From an uncultured Thermoanaerobacterales bacterium (GTDB lineage: Bacteria > Bacillota > Clostridia > Christensenellales > UBA1242), in NCBI GenBank assembly GCA_900557695.1, contig USTP01000001.1, positions 1 to 30,555 of the forward strand: DNA of 30,555 bases, in the 5' to 3' direction. The position numbers were made by a program, and so were the translations under genes. Below, piece by piece: positions 1 to 10,520 of the stretch. The stretch's first letter is position 1. Every line of letters begins with the position of its first letter. The notes below the pieces were generated by a model. That model saw only the letters and a list, made by a program, of their open reading frames with translations. It searched no databases and was not told where the DNA came from.

Positions 1-95
1 AAAAAAATTGCTAGGCTGGCTCGTATTTACATACGACTGCCTGTCTAGCAATTTTAAAGTTTCTGCCCTTAGAGTGGTGAAATATGCCGTCTAAA
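1..95. repeat. Truncated copy of the dispersed palindromic (MITE/ERIC-like) element, overlapping the rplQ stop codon
   Basis: 1-64 matches 16767-16830 at 63/64 positions; 86-95 (GCCGTCTAAA) matches 16852-16861 at the same offset; the window starts inside the element. Confidence 0.9.
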
Positions 96-600
96 CGAGC
101 TCGGCTATCGCCATCTGCGCATTATCTCCCCTTCTTAAGCTGGTTTTGATAACGCGGGTATAGCCACCACCATTACCCCTTTCTTCTGCTCTATCGGCAT
201 ACTTAGGGGCAAGGTCTTCAAACAACTTTTCAATTAGTGGGTCTTTAATATCTCCCTTTCTTGCCTTGAAAGCTTGCTTTTTCTCACCTTTAACTCTTTG
301 TTCTTGCCTATCTTGAAGCATAGCAAGAAGCTTTCTTCTTGCAGCAAGCTTTTTAGCGCCATCTTTAGAAATGGTAACTTTCTTTTCTTTACCCTTACTA
401 TCGGTTGTTACTTTCTCTTCGGTAACAACATCTTTATATGTTCTAACAGCAAGAGTTATACATTTTTCGGCATATCTACAAGCAGCTTTTGCTCTATCGG
501 CAGTGGTTTCTATGCGTCCATACCAAAGCAAATCACTTGCAAGCCCGCTCACCAAAGCAAGTCTTTGGTCTGTAGGTTTTCCTAATTTTTGTGTATTCAT
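91..600 (-). CDS. rplQ: 50S ribosomal protein L17 (with internal insertions)
   Basis: [28 protein letters not shown] motifs; follows rpoA. Confidence 0.96.
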   Translation of the reverse strand: MNTQKLGKPTDQRLALVSGLASDLLWYGRIETTADRAKAACRYAEKCITLAVRTYKDVVTEEKVTTDSKGKEKKVTISKDGAKKLAARRKLLAMLQDRQEQRVKGEKKQAFKARKGDIKDPLIEKLFEDLAPKYADRAEERGNGGGYTRVIKTSLRRGDNAQMAIAELV

Positions 601-611
601 AACTAATCTCC

Positions 612-1562
612 TTATTCTTCCCTAGTTTTTAGGCTCAAACCAAGACTCTCGAGTTTGTGTATAACCTCGTCAAGTGATTTCCTACCTAAGTTTTTAACTT
701 TAAGCATATCCTCTTCAGTCTTGTGGATTAAATCTTCAATGGTATTGATACCAGCTCTTTTTAAGCAGTTGTATGAACGAACAGACAAATCCATGTCTTC
801 AATGCTCATAACCATAAGTTTGTGAACTTTATCTTCTTCACGGCTAACAAGAATTGAGGTGTTTGCCATAGAGTCTACAAGCTCTACAAATAGGTTGAAA
901 TGCTCATTAAGAAGCTTTGCAGCTAAACTTACAACTTCTTTAGCAGAAACTGTACCATTTGTTGTTACTTCTAAAATAAGTTTGTCATAATCGGTGTTTT
1001 GACCAACACGAGTGTTTTCAACCTCGTAGCTAGCACGCCTAACAGGTGTGAAAATACTGTCTATTGCAATGTATCCAACAGGCAGGCTAACATCTTTATT
1101 CTTATCAGAAGGAACATAGCCTCTGCCCATACCAACAAGAATTTCCATATCTAAAACGCCATCGCTTTCTAGCGTGCAGATATACATTGATGGGTTTAAA
1201 ACCTTAACCTCGTCATCTTCCTCAATGTCCGCAGCGGTAACAACGCAAGGACCTTTCTTTTTAAGCTTTAAAACTTTTTTAAAGTTTTTCTCTGTGCTCA
1301 TAGTTTTAACAGCAAGCCCTTTCATATTAAGAACTATTTCTGTTACATCTTCTTTAGATCCCTTTAAAGTTGAAAACTCGTGAGCAACGCCTTCAATTTT
1401 AATGTTTGTTACAGCGCTTCCTGGAAGGCTAGACAAAAGCACTCTACGAAGAGCGTTACCAATTGTAACACCAAAACCTCTTTCAAGTGGCTCTAAAACG
1501 AACTTAGAGTAAGCCTCGCCATCATCAACACATTCAATTCTTGGTTTTTCTATTTCTAACAT
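612..1562 (-). CDS. rpoA: RNA polymerase subunit alpha
   Basis: [23 protein letters not shown]-terminal [22 protein letters not shown]. Confidence 0.99.
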   Translation of the reverse strand: MLEIEKPRIECVDDGEAYSKFVLEPLERGFGVTIGNALRRVLLSSLPGSAVTNIKIEGVAHEFSTLKGSKEDVTEIVLNMKGLAVKTMSTEKNFKKVLKLKKKGPCVVTAADIEEDDEVKVLNPSMYICTLESDGVLDMEILVGMGRGYVPSDKNKDVSLPVGYIAIDSIFTPVRRASYEVENTRVGQNTDYDKLILEVTTNGTVSAKEVVSLAAKLLNEHFNLFVELVDSMANTSILVSREEDKVHKLMVMSIEDMDLSVRSYNCLKRAGINTIEDLIHKTEEDMLKVKNLGRKSLDEVIHKLESLGLSLKTREE

Positions 1563-1584
1563 AATTATAGCCTCCTACCCACTA

Positions 1585-2205
1585 TTACTTAGAATAAAGC
1601 TCGACAATTAAGTGCTCTTCAATATTCAAGTCGATATCGTCACGCGCTGGTAAAGCTAAAACCTTGCCTGATAGTTTATCTGTGTTAAACTCAAGCCACT
1701 TAGGCATAACGATTCTAGTTTCCTTAACGGCCTTGAATGGAGCTTTCTTTGTTTTGTTTTCTTTAACAGAAATTGTATCGTTAACTTTAACTGAGTATGA
1801 TGGAATAGTAACTCTTTTGCCATTAACACAAATGTGCCCATGGTTTACAAGTTGCCTAGCAGCTGCACGGCTTGGAGCTAGACCCATTCTAAAAACAACA
1901 TTGTCTAAACGGCGCTCTAGCAAGCTAAGCATGTTTTCACCAGTTTTACCTTTCATCCTTTCAGCTTCTACATAATAGCTGTGGAATTGCTTTTCCAAAA
2001 GCCCATAAGCTCTTTTAACTTTTTGTTTTTCCCTAAGCTGAGTTTGATACTCAGATGGTTTTTTGCGTGTATTTGGATGTTGACCAGGGATAGTAGGTCT
2101 TCTATCAAATGCACATTTCTTAGAAAGACATCTATCGCCTTTCAAAAATAATTTAGTGCCTTCTCTTCTGCAAAGTCTGCAGTCAGCATCAGTATATTTT
2201 GCCAT
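1585..2205 (-). CDS. rpsD: 30S ribosomal protein S4 (Zn-binding type)
   Basis: [29 protein letters not shown]. Confidence 0.99.
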   Translation of the reverse strand: MAKYTDADCRLCRREGTKLFLKGDRCLSKKCAFDRRPTIPGQHPNTRKKPSEYQTQLREKQKVKRAYGLLEKQFHSYYVEAERMKGKTGENMLSLLERRLDNVVFRMGLAPSRAAARQLVNHGHICVNGKRVTIPSYSVKVNDTISVKENKTKKAPFKAVKETRIVMPKWLEFNTDKLSGKVLALPARDDIDLNIEEHLIVELYSK

Positions 2206-2216
2206 TTATTTACTCC

Positions 2217-2612
2217 TTATACTCTTCTACGTTTTGGTGGACGACAACCATTGTGAGGGATTGGTGAAACATCACGAATAAGCGTAACCTCAAGATCTGC
2301 GTTTGCAAGCGACCTGATGGCAGACTCTCTTCCATTACCAGGACCCTTAACATAAACTTCCACACTCTTTAAGCCATATTCTTTTGCTTTCTTAGCAGCT
2401 TTTTCAGCAGCTTGACCAGCAGCAAAAGGAGTACTCTTACGATTACCTCTATATCCTAGCTCACCAGAACTGCAAGCAGCAAGAGCATTACCCTGCATAT
2501 CAGTAATAGTTACAATAGTGTTGTTAAAAGATGATTGAACATGGACTATACCTTTATCAACATTAGTTGTAATCTTACGTTTTTTAGTTGTTTTCTTAGT
2601 ATTCTGTGCCAT
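2217..2612 (-). CDS. rpsK: 30S ribosomal protein S11
   Basis: [31 protein letters not shown]. Confidence 0.99.
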   Translation of the reverse strand: MAQNTKKTTKKRKITTNVDKGIVHVQSSFNNTIVTITDMQGNALAACSSGELGYRGNRKSTPFAAGQAAEKAAKKAKEYGLKSVEVYVKGPGNGRESAIRSLANADLEVTLIRDVSPIPHNGCRPPKRRRV

Positions 2613-2630
2613 TATAACTTTCTATCTCCT

Positions 2631-2999
2631 TTATTTCTTCTTAACCGAACTACTTGCTCTAGCACCCTTACGAGTTCTTGCGTTTGAACGAGTTGATTGA
2701 CCACGAACAGGCAAGCCCTTTCTATGTCTAACGCCCCTATAAGAGCCAATTTCCATAAGACCCTTAATGTTCATGGCAACTTCTCTTTTCTTGTCACCCT
2801 CAACTGTAAGGTTTTTGTCCATATACTCACGGATTTTACCAATATCTGCTTCACTTAGGTCCTTAACACGAGTGTTAGGGTCAATATTAGTAGCCTCCAA
2901 AATTTTATTAGCAGTAACTCTACCAACGCCGTAGATATAAGTTAAACCTATCTCTACCCTCTTTTCGTTTGGTAAATCCACACCAGCAATACGTGCCAT
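2631..2999 (-). CDS. rpsM: 30S ribosomal protein S13 (start corrected to MARIAG)
   Basis: [33 protein letters not shown] at 3006-3010. Confidence 0.98.
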   Translation of the reverse strand: MARIAGVDLPNEKRVEIGLTYIYGVGRVTANKILEATNIDPNTRVKDLSEADIGKIREYMDKNLTVEGDKKREVAMNIKGLMEIGSYRGVRHRKGLPVRGQSTRSNARTRKGARASSSVKKK

Positions 3000-3040
3000 C
3001 TTTATCCTCCAAAAGATATTTATACTTAATTTTTTTATTT

Positions 3041-3136
3041 CAAGTGTATTGTAACACACTTTGTGACAAATTGCCACTATTATTTTTATTTATATTAACG
3101 CCACAAAGTAGATTTCTCTATGCCGCCTCTATGGCG
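3041..3136 (-). promoter_or_regulatory. Structured leader upstream of rpsM (candidate S4-responsive r-leader)
   Basis: On the minus strand CGCCAUAGAG pairs with CUUUGUGGCG around a GCGGCA bulge and a UAGA-GAAA-UCUA hairpin; two more hairpins follow before the SD. Confidence 0.55.
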
Positions 3137-3154
3137 ATTGTTTTCAAACTTAGT

Positions 3155-3271
3155 TTAACCCTGAACTTGTTTGTGTTTAGGGTTTTTGCTGCAGATAACT
3201 CTAACTTTGCCATCTCTTTTAATAACCTTACAGCCATCACACATTGGCTTAACACTTGCTCTAACCTTCAT
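3155..3271 (-). CDS. rpmJ: 50S ribosomal protein L36 (38 aa, not in ORF track)
   Basis: Hand translation [45 protein letters not shown]. Confidence 0.98.
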   Translation of the reverse strand: MKVRASVKPMCDGCKVIKRDGKVRVICSKNPKHKQVQG

Positions 3272-3298
3272 TTTTTTATCTCCTTAAAAGTATGTTTT

Positions 3299-3517
3299 TT
3301 ACTTACTTCTCCAAATGATTCTGCCCTTGCTAAGGTCATACGGACTCATTTCAAGTTTAACTGTATCCCCTTCATAAATATGGATAAAGTTCTTCCACAG
3401 CTTACCAGAAAGATACGCTGTTACCACATGACCACCTGCAATTTGAACTTTAAATGTTGCACCAGGCATAGCCTCGATAACCGTGCCCTCTGTTACAATT
3501 ACATCATCTTTACTCAA
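3299..3517 (-). CDS. infA: Translation initiation factor IF-1 (TTG start)
   Basis: SKDDVI.TEG.V.EAMP, SGK, GD.V..EMSPYDLSKGRI; GGAGG at 3526-3530 supports TTG at 3517. Confidence 0.96.
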   Translation of the reverse strand: MSKDDVIVTEGTVIEAMPGATFKVQIAGGHVVTAYLSGKLWKNFIHIYEGDTVKLEMSPYDLSKGRIIWRSK

Positions 3518-3531
3518 AATTTTCGCCTCCA

Positions 3532-4275
3532 CTATATTTTTGTTAATATCTCAACGCCATCTGAGCATATTAAGACAGTGTTTTCGTAGTGTGCACTTGG
3601 TAGCCCATCAACAGTTCGGGCATCCCAACCATTAAGCTTTAGCTCGTGCGAGCCCATGTTAATCATTGGTTCAATAGCAATAGTCATACCTGCTTTTAGC
3701 TTAATTCCCGACCCCTCGATTCCGTAGTTTGGCACTTCTGGATCTTCATGCATATTTCTTCCAATTCCATGCCCCACCATAACTCGAACAACCGAGTAGC
3801 CATGTTTTTCGGCGTGGCGTTGCACTCTTGCACCTATATCGCCAAGCCTACTGCCTTCTTTAAGACCACGAATGGCCTCATAGAAGCATTCTTTAGTAAC
3901 CTCAACTAGCTTTTTTTTCTCTTCGCTAACCTCTCCTACAAGGAAAGTCCTAGCGGCGTCACCATGGTACCCATTTTTAACGGCACCAACATCTATGCCT
4001 ATAATTTGACCCTCTTCTAAAATTTGGGTCTTTTTAGGAATTCCATGAACTACAACATCGTCAACAGATGTGCATATAGATGCAGGAAATCCATGGTAGT
4101 GCAAAAACGATGGTTTTGCACCCCTGCTTATTATATAATCATAAGCGATTTTGTCAAGTTCTAAGGTTGAAATACCTGGTTTTATGTGTTTTCCAACCTC
4201 TTCTAGCGTTTCCGCTGTTATCTTGCCAGCCTCTCTCATAAGTTCTATTTGCTTTGGAGTTTTTATAGTAATCAT
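3532..4275 (-). CDS. map: Methionine aminopeptidase type I
   Basis: VVHGIP, DVG..GYHGDAART, GHGIG..MHEDP, IEPM, SAHYENTV. Confidence 0.98.
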   Translation of the reverse strand: MITIKTPKQIELMREAGKITAETLEEVGKHIKPGISTLELDKIAYDYIISRGAKPSFLHYHGFPASICTSVDDVVVHGIPKKTQILEEGQIIGIDVGAVKNGYHGDAARTFLVGEVSEEKKKLVEVTKECFYEAIRGLKEGSRLGDIGARVQRHAEKHGYSVVRVMVGHGIGRNMHEDPEVPNYGIEGSGIKLKAGMTIAIEPMINMGSHELKLNGWDARTVDGLPSAHYENTVLICSDGVEILTKI

Positions 4276-4889
4276 TACTTTAGCATCTCCAAGGCAAGCT
4301 TTAGCGTGTCATTAGGGTCTTCTTGACCTTTAACAGTTTTTAAAATACCCTTGTTTTCGTAAAACTTAACTAGCGGTTTTGTTTGAACAGCAAATGTGTC
4401 GAACCTTTTTGCAACGGTTGTAGGATTGTCGTCATCACGCATAAACAACTCTCCACCACATTCACATCTGTCTTTCTTATATGTGTTAGTATTATAGATA
4501 GCTCCACACTCTTTGCAAGTTCTTCTCCCTGCAATTCGGTTTACTATAACATCTTTATCAACATCTAGATATAAGCACTTGTCTATATCTGCAATGCCCT
4601 CTAAAAGCTCGGCTTGCTCTAGCGACCTTGGAAAACCATCTAAAATGTATCCATTTTTAGTGTCGCTCTCTGCCAATCTTTCCTTTAGCATTTTTATAAC
4701 AATCTCGGTTGGAACAAGTTTGCCTTCGTCCATATATTTTTTAGCCTCTTTGCCAACTTTAGTCCCCTGGGCAATACTGTTTCTTAGTAAATCGCCTGTT
4801 GAAATTGATGGAATACCAAACTGCTTAATTAAACCTTTTGCAAGTGTTCCCTTTCCTGAACCAGGAGCACCAAGTAATACTAATTTCAT
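4275..4889 (-). CDS. adk: Adenylate kinase
   Basis: GAPGSGKGT P-loop, ILDGFPR, Cys-rich LID, RDDD; ATG at 4889 preceded by AGGAG. Confidence 0.98.
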   Translation of the reverse strand: MKLVLLGAPGSGKGTLAKGLIKQFGIPSISTGDLLRNSIAQGTKVGKEAKKYMDEGKLVPTEIVIKMLKERLAESDTKNGYILDGFPRSLEQAELLEGIADIDKCLYLDVDKDVIVNRIAGRRTCKECGAIYNTNTYKKDRCECGGELFMRDDDNPTTVAKRFDTFAVQTKPLVKFYENKGILKTVKGQEDPNDTLKLALEMLK

Positions 4890-4914
4890 ATTCACTCCTA
4901 TTTTTGTTTTTTCT

Positions 4915-4944
4915 TTGCTTCAAAGCCATAGGGCTTTGAAGCAA
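4915..4944. other. Perfect 13-bp stem-loop between secY and adk
   Basis: TTGCTTCAAAGCC-atag-GGCTTTGAAGCAA; no U-tract on the coding strand. Confidence 0.75.
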
Positions 4945-4951
4945 GTTAAAA

Positions 4952-6262
4952 CTATAAAATATTTTTATGTCTTTTCATCATTAGCTGAGCCTCAAGCTGA
5001 GTATTAAACTCAATGGCAACGCTAACAACGATAAGCATACCTGTTGCGGTAAACGCATTTATTAGCCCTAGCGAACCACCCGCTACATATCTAAATATAA
5101 TAGATGGAACAATTGCTATAAATGCAAGGAATATTGCACCAAATAGTGTTATTCTCTTAGAAACCTTTGTTAGGTACTCGGTTGTTGGCTTACCTGGCCT
5201 GATGCCTGGAATAAAGCCACCCTGTTGCTGAATGTTTAAGCTTACATCGGCTGGGTTGAACTGAATTTGAGCATAGAAGTAGGTAAAGAACAAAATTAGT
5301 AAACCAACTAGTATGCTATAAATAACTCCACCCGCACCAATATAATCATAATAGAATCTAGCAAACCAACCACTATCTCTTGTAACTCCACATAGCTGCA
5401 TTATGATGTTTGGGAAAGTGATTATTGCCGTTGCAAAGATTATTGGAAGAACTCCGCTTGCGTTAACCTTAAGTGGTATGTATGAAGATTGACCACCATA
5501 CATTTTTCTTCCCTTAACCTGCTTAGCATATTGAACAGGAATCTTTCTTTCTGCCTTATCTACAAACACGATAAGTGCAAAGATAACAAATGCCAAAGCT
5601 AAGAATCCAAGTAGTTCCCATAGTGCATTTAGGTTTCCATCAAATATGTTGCTTATAGAGTTTACTATTGATAGAGCTGAGGTTGAAATAATACCAACAA
5701 AGATGATAAGCGACAAGCCATTACCAACACCCTGTTCGGTGATTCTATCACCTATCCACATAGTAACGCAGGTTCCAGCAACCAACACTAAGATAACAAA
5801 TACTGCTGTTAGCCAAATTAGATTTTCACCAAATATAGGTGAAAGCAAATCTGTACCAAAACCAAGAACAATACCAATACCTTGAGCAATTGCCAAAACT
5901 AGAGCCACAATTTTTGTGATAAGGTTGATTTTTTGTTTACCATCATCGCCTTGTTTTGCCATTCTTTCAAGAGCTGGAATGCCAACTGTTAAAAGCTGAA
6001 CAATAATCGAGGCGTTAATATATGGCGTAACACCAAGTGCAAAGAAAGCACCGTTAGCAAGCGCACTACCTGTAACGGCATTAAGAAGAGTTAGTATGCC
6101 TGTTCCCGATTCGCTTGAAACCGCGTCAGCATAAACTGATGGCTCAAGACCAGGGATAGGCAAATAACAACCCAAACGGTAAATCAAAAGAAGTAGTAAT
6201 GTTATTAAAATTTTCTTTCGAATATCACGGTTCTTGAAAGCGCTTGACAGTGTTTTAAACAT
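4952..6262 (-). CDS. secY: Preprotein translocase subunit SecY
   Basis: FALGVTPYINASII.QLL, GVGNGLSLIIF.GI, IPGIRPGKPT; multiple TM segments. Confidence 0.99.
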   Translation of the reverse strand: MFKTLSSAFKNRDIRKKILITLLLLLIYRLGCYLPIPGLEPSVYADAVSSESGTGILTLLNAVTGSALANGAFFALGVTPYINASIIVQLLTVGIPALERMAKQGDDGKQKINLITKIVALVLAIAQGIGIVLGFGTDLLSPIFGENLIWLTAVFVILVLVAGTCVTMWIGDRITEQGVGNGLSLIIFVGIISTSALSIVNSISNIFDGNLNALWELLGFLALAFVIFALIVFVDKAERKIPVQYAKQVKGRKMYGGQSSYIPLKVNASGVLPIIFATAIITFPNIIMQLCGVTRDSGWFARFYYDYIGAGGVIYSILVGLLILFFTYFYAQIQFNPADVSLNIQQQGGFIPGIRPGKPTTEYLTKVSKRITLFGAIFLAFIAIVPSIIFRYVAGGSLGLINAFTATGMLIVVSVAIEFNTQLEAQLMMKRHKNIL

Positions 6263-6705
6263 TATTTCACCTCAACAGACCCGCCAGCCGCACAAATTTT
6301 GTCTACAGCACTTTGGGTAAATTTTTCAGCCCTAACAGTTAATGGCTTAGTTAGTGTTCCATTACCTAGAACTTTAAGTCCGTAAGGTTCAATTTTTGCA
6401 ATAACACCCTTGCTTTTAAGCATTTCAGCTGTAACAACAGTGTTAGGCTCGAATCTTTCAAGATCACTAACATTTATAGTTGTGTAAACTTTTCTAAAGT
6501 TGTTGGTAAAGCCACGCTTAGGAAGTTGACGAATAAGAGGCATTTGACCACCTTCAAATCCAGGACGAACTCCCCCGCCACTTCTGGCGTTTTGACCCTT
6601 ATGACCTTTACCACTTGTTTTACCAGTGCCTGAACCAATTCCCCTTCCAAGCCTTTTTGTTTGCTTAGTAGAGTTAGGAGCAGGAGATATTTCATGTAGT
6701 TTCAT
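6262..6705 (-). CDS. rplO: 50S ribosomal protein L15
   Basis: [31 protein letters not shown]. Confidence 0.99.
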   Translation of the reverse strand: MKLHEISPAPNSTKQTKRLGRGIGSGTGKTSGKGHKGQNARSGGGVRPGFEGGQMPLIRQLPKRGFTNNFRKVYTTINVSDLERFEPNTVVTAEMLKSKGVIAKIEPYGLKVLGNGTLTKPLTVRAEKFTQSAVDKICAAGGSVEVK

Positions 6706-6706
6706 A

Positions 6707-7216
6707 TTATTTCTCCTTCACGCTCTCAACTGTAACAAGGTGTTTTACAACGAAAATCATACCTCTTGTTTGAGCGTTATCTGGTTTAACTGTTTCACTG
6801 TTAAGTTTGTTTAGCCCAAGAGCAACTAAAGTTCTTTGTTGCTTAACAAGTCTTCCACTAGCACTTTTAACTAGTTTAATTTTAAGCATAGGTCCACTAA
6901 CTTTTTTCTCTGTTTTAGGTTTAACTGCCTTAACTTCTTTTTTAGCTTCAACATTAACATTTTCAGTTTCTGCTTTTAAAGGCTTCTCACTTGATGCAGG
7001 TTTCTTACTAGCAGTTTTAGCTGGAGCCTTCTTCTCGCTAGCCACTTTGCTTGCAGTTTCAGCCTTTTTACTAGTGGTTTTAGCTGGAGCTTTCTTTTCT
7101 ACTGTTTTTACTTCAGTTTTAGCAGTTTCAGCCTTTGCCACGGTAGTTTTCTTAGGAGCAGTTTTCTTTGGCTCTTGTTTTTCTGCTGATTTTGTAGTTT
7201 TCTTTACTTCTGCCAT
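6707..7216 (-). CDS. rpmD: 50S ribosomal protein L30 with ~110-aa Lys/Ala/Thr-rich N-terminal extension
   Basis: C-terminal [10 protein letters not shown]...Q..TL.ALGL.KL...V..DN...RGMI..V.HLV; located between rpsE and rplO; GGAGG SD before 7216. Confidence 0.93.
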   Translation of the reverse strand: MAEVKKTTKSAEKQEPKKTAPKKTTVAKAETAKTEVKTVEKKAPAKTTSKKAETASKVASEKKAPAKTASKKPASSEKPLKAETENVNVEAKKEVKAVKPKTEKKVSGPMLKIKLVKSASGRLVKQQRTLVALGLNKLNSETVKPDNAQTRGMIFVVKHLVTVESVKEK

Positions 7217-7228
7217 CTATTTCTCCTC

Positions 7229-7840
7229 CTACACAATCTCGTCTACGGTTTTACCGCGTAGAGATGCAATTTTTTCTGCACTTCTAAGCTTCATAAGCCC
7301 GTCAAAAGTTGCTTTAACGCAGTTTACAGGATTGTTTGATCCATAAAGCTTAGTAGTAATATCTTTGATGCCAGCAAGTTCAACAACATCACGAACTTTA
7401 CCTCCAGCAATAACACCATTACCTTCTTTAGCAGGCATCATTATAACCTTTGTGGTTTCAAATTCACCTACAACTTCATGAGGTATAGTTGTTCCATGAA
7501 TGTCTACCTTAACCATATGGCGCTTAGCATCAACGCTAGCCTTTTCTATAGCCAAAGTAACTTCGGTAGCTTTACCCATACCAACGCCAACTCTGCCATT
7601 CCTGTCACCAGCAACAACAATAGCGTTGAAACGCATCTTTCTACCACCCTTAACGGTTTTAGAAATACGGTTAACATTAACCATTTTCTTGTCTATACCA
7701 TCATTAACTTTTTCAGTTTTATTATCACGCCTTGCTCTAGGATTTTTAGAGCTTCTGTTTGAAAATTTTCTTTCATTTGGTTTGTTAGCAGCTGGTTGTT
7801 CTTCTACTGCTACCACTTCAACAATATTTTCTTCTGCCAT
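7229..7840 (-). CDS. rpsE: 30S ribosomal protein S5 (N-terminal extension)
   Basis: NRISKTVKGGR..RF.A.VV.GD, GS.NP.N.VKAT. Confidence 0.98.
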   Translation of the reverse strand: MAEENIVEVVAVEEQPAANKPNERKFSNRSSKNPRARRDNKTEKVNDGIDKKMVNVNRISKTVKGGRKMRFNAIVVAGDRNGRVGVGMGKATEVTLAIEKASVDAKRHMVKVDIHGTTIPHEVVGEFETTKVIMMPAKEGNGVIAGGKVRDVVELAGIKDITTKLYGSNNPVNCVKATFDGLMKLRSAEKIASLRGKTVDEIV

Positions 7841-7852
7841 AACTCCTCCCTC

Positions 7853-8221
7853 CTAAAACTCAAGACCTGCTTGCCTAGCGCCTTCAGCTAATTTCTGAAC
7901 GCGTCCAGTGTAGATATATCCACCACGGTCAAATACAACTTGTTTTATACCAGCCTTAAGGGCCTTTTTAGCAACAGCTTCACCAACAACGAAAGCTTGC
8001 TCTTTTTTGTTCTTGCCCTTAAGAGCACTCTGTAATGCTTTGTCAAGACTACTAGCAGAGCAAAGAGTGGTTTCTGTTTCATCGTTAATGATTTGAGCAT
8101 AAATGTTTGTTGTAGAACGATAAACATTTAGTCTAGGCTTAGCACTTGTGCCAGACAAAGTATTTCTAATGCGGTTATGTTTAGCTTTTCTTAATTTGTT
8201 TTTATCAACCTTTTTAAACAT
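7853..8221 (-). CDS. rplR: 50S ribosomal protein L18
   Basis: [28 protein letters not shown]. Confidence 0.98.
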   Translation of the reverse strand: MFKKVDKNKLRKAKHNRIRNTLSGTSAKPRLNVYRSTTNIYAQIINDETETTLCSASSLDKALQSALKGKNKKEQAFVVGEAVAKKALKAGIKQVVFDRGGYIYTGRVQKLAEGARQAGLEF

Positions 8222-8232
8222 CTGTCCTCTCC

Positions 8233-8793
8233 TTACTTCTTCTTAGTGCCTTTCTTAATTTCCTTACGGCGAACGGTTTCATTAGTGTAATGAATACCAT
8301 ATCCGTGATAAGGTTCAACAGGCTTAATAGCCTTAATGTCGGCAGCGAACTGACCAACCTGCTCTTTGTTAATACCAGCAACTACAATATCTGTAGCGTT
8401 TGGGCAAGTAACAGTTAAGCCCTCAGGAACTGTTACTGTTACAGGATGTGAAAGCCCTAAGTTCATTGTAAGCTTGTTGCCACTAACGGCGATTTTGTAA
8501 CCAACGCCTGCAACAGTTAATGATTTAGTGTACCCTTCTGTAACGCCCTTAACCATGTTTGCAAGAAGTGCTCTATACAAACCATGTTTAGCTCTAACTT
8601 CCTTATCATCACTATCACGAGTAAGGATGATTGCTGGCTTTTCATTGTGCTCACCTTTTGTTATTTTAATGCAAGGTGCAACATATTGACGAAGGGTTCC
8701 CTTAGGACCTGTAACAATAACATCGCCTTCAACAGTTTGGTCTACAGTAACACCGTTTGGAAGCTCAATAGGAGCTCTACCTATACGACTCAT
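8233..8793 (-). CDS. rplF: 50S ribosomal protein L6
   Basis: MSRIG..PI, V.GPKG.L, EPY.G.GI. Confidence 0.98.
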   Translation of the reverse strand: MSRIGRAPIELPNGVTVDQTVEGDVIVTGPKGTLRQYVAPCIKITKGEHNEKPAIILTRDSDDKEVRAKHGLYRALLANMVKGVTEGYTKSLTVAGVGYKIAVSGNKLTMNLGLSHPVTVTVPEGLTVTCPNATDIVVAGINKEQVGQFAADIKAIKPVEPYHGYGIHYTNETVRRKEIKKGTKKK

Positions 8794-8805
8794 AACCCTT
8801 CCTCC

Positions 8806-9204
8806 TTACCAGATATAGGCAAGCACTTCGCCGCCAATACCAAGTTTTCTAGCATTTTTATCTGTCATAACACCCTTAGATGTTGAAACAATGGCAATGC
8901 CAAGCCCACCAAGCACCTTTGGAAGTTCTTCACTACCAGCATAAATTCTAAGACCAGGCTTAGAAATTCTTTTTAAACCAGTAATAACCTTTTCTCCCTT
9001 AGGGCCATACTTTAATTTTACAACAATATTAGTAAACTTCCCATCATTTACTTCTTCAAAAGAGTTTATATATCCTTCATCAAGCAAAATTTGAACAATA
9101 TCTCTTTTCATGCGTGAAGCTTCAAAAGTAACACTATCTTTCTTTGTTACTTGGGCGTTTCTAATTCTTGTAAGCATATCTGCAATTGGGTCTGTTGTAA
9201 CCAT
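8806..9204 (-). CDS. rpsH: 30S ribosomal protein S8
   Basis: [36 protein letters not shown]. Confidence 0.99.
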   Translation of the reverse strand: MVTTDPIADMLTRIRNAQVTKKDSVTFEASRMKRDIVQILLDEGYINSFEEVNDGKFTNIVVKLKYGPKGEKVITGLKRISKPGLRIYAGSEELPKVLGGLGIAIVSTSKGVMTDKNARKLGIGGEVLAYIW

Positions 9205-9222
9205 AACTTAATCCTCCTTGAC

Positions 9223-9408
9223 TTACCAACTAGATTTCTTAACGCCAGGAATTTGACCTTTGTAGGCAAGTTCTCTAAAGCAGATTCTGCAAATGCCATA
9301 CTTTCTTAGCACAGCATGAGGTCTTCCGCAGATAGAGCATCTTGTATACTCACGCGTTGAAAATTTTTGTGGTTTTTGCTGTTTATTTATCATTGATTTT
9401 TTTGCCAT
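9223..9408 (-). CDS. rpsN: 30S ribosomal protein S14 (61-aa Zn-binding type)
   Basis: [24 protein letters not shown]. Confidence 0.99.
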   Translation of the reverse strand: MAKKSMINKQQKPQKFSTREYTRCSICGRPHAVLRKYGICRICFRELAYKGQIPGVKKSSW

Positions 9409-9428
9409 AACTATCTCCCTCTCTATCC

Positions 9429-9989
9429 TTACGCCTTAAATGGCATGCCCATGAGCTTCAAAAGTTCCCTAGCCTCGTTGTCAGTTTTTGCACTTGTAAC
9501 GAAGATAATGTCTAGCCCTCTAATCTTTTCAATCTTATCATAGATTATTTCAGGGAATATAAGTTGCTCACGAACGCCATAAGCATAGTTTCCTCTTCCA
9601 TCGAAAGAAGTAGCATCTAGGCCTCTAAAGTCACGAACTCTAGGAAGTGCAATAGAGATGAATTTATCCATAAACTCATACATTCTTTTGCCCCTAAGCG
9701 TAGCCTTAGCACCAATTTTCATATTTTGCCTAACTTTGAAGTTTGCAATACTCTTTTTAGCTGTTGTTACAACTGGTTTTTGACCTGCAATAACTGCAAG
9801 TTCCTCAACAGCTAGATTAAAACTCTTACTATTGTCTTTAACATCGCCAAGACCCATGTTAAGAACTATTTTCTCAAGCTTTGGAACCTCGTTGATGTTT
9901 TTATAACCAAACTCTTTAACGAGTGCAGGAACAACTTCGCTAAGATATTTTTCTTTTAATCTGTTATCAGCAGTTTTAGCTTTTGCCAT
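9429..9989 (-). CDS. rplE: 50S ribosomal protein L5
   Basis: [33 protein letters not shown]. Confidence 0.99.
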   Translation of the reverse strand: MAKAKTADNRLKEKYLSEVVPALVKEFGYKNINEVPKLEKIVLNMGLGDVKDNSKSFNLAVEELAVIAGQKPVVTTAKKSIANFKVRQNMKIGAKATLRGKRMYEFMDKFISIALPRVRDFRGLDATSFDGRGNYAYGVREQLIFPEIIYDKIEKIRGLDIIFVTSAKTDNEARELLKLMGMPFKA

Positions 9990-9994
9990 TTATC

Positions 9995-10510
9995 TTACAC
10001 TCCTCTTTGAGATGATTTTCTAACACCTGCAACTTTATTTTCTTTATTAGTAGCAGTTGCCACGACTTTTTTTTCGGCAGTTTTCTTTTGTTTTGTAGAA
10101 GTTTCAGCCTTTTTAGCTTTTTCTTGAGCTTTTACAGCTTTTGCTTCATCTGCCTGAGCTTTCTTTGCTTTTTTAGCATCTTTAACATACTTTTTGTCAA
10201 GAGCAGCGCCACACTTACAAGCTCTAACCATTTTGCCCTCTTCATTTAAAGCATGTTTAACTCTTGTAGGTTTTCCACATGATGGACAAACTACCATAAC
10301 ATTTGAAACATCAATAGTGCCTTCTTTTTTAACAATTGAGCTTTTTTCTTGAGCCTTTCTAGCTTTTTGATGCTTAGAAATCATGTTAACGCCAGAAACG
10401 ATAATTCTGTTTGTTTTAGGGTAAACCCTAAGAACTTTTCCTTGCTTTCCAGCATCTTTACCAGAAATAACTAAAACAGTGTCTTGAGATTTAACATTTA
10501 AATTATTCAT
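9995..10510 (-). CDS. rplX: 50S ribosomal protein L24 with Lys/Ala-rich C-terminal extension
   Basis: KOW motif V.VISGKD.GKQGKV, I.VSNVM; ~60-aa basic tail. Confidence 0.96.
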   Translation of the reverse strand: MNNLNVKSQDTVLVISGKDAGKQGKVLRVYPKTNRIIVSGVNMISKHQKARKAQEKSSIVKKEGTIDVSNVMVVCPSCGKPTRVKHALNEEGKMVRACKCGAALDKKYVKDAKKAKKAQADEAKAVKAQEKAKKAETSTKQKKTAEKKVVATATNKENKVAGVRKSSQRGV

Positions 10511-10520
10511 AACCTACCTC

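Noticed and set aside
3000..3077. ORF-track N-terminal extensions of S13 (also IF-1, L23, TsaD and the 28898 ORF)
   Set aside because: Downstream starts match conserved N-termini, SDs or promoter spacing; two of the upstream TTG starts are the -35 boxes themselves.
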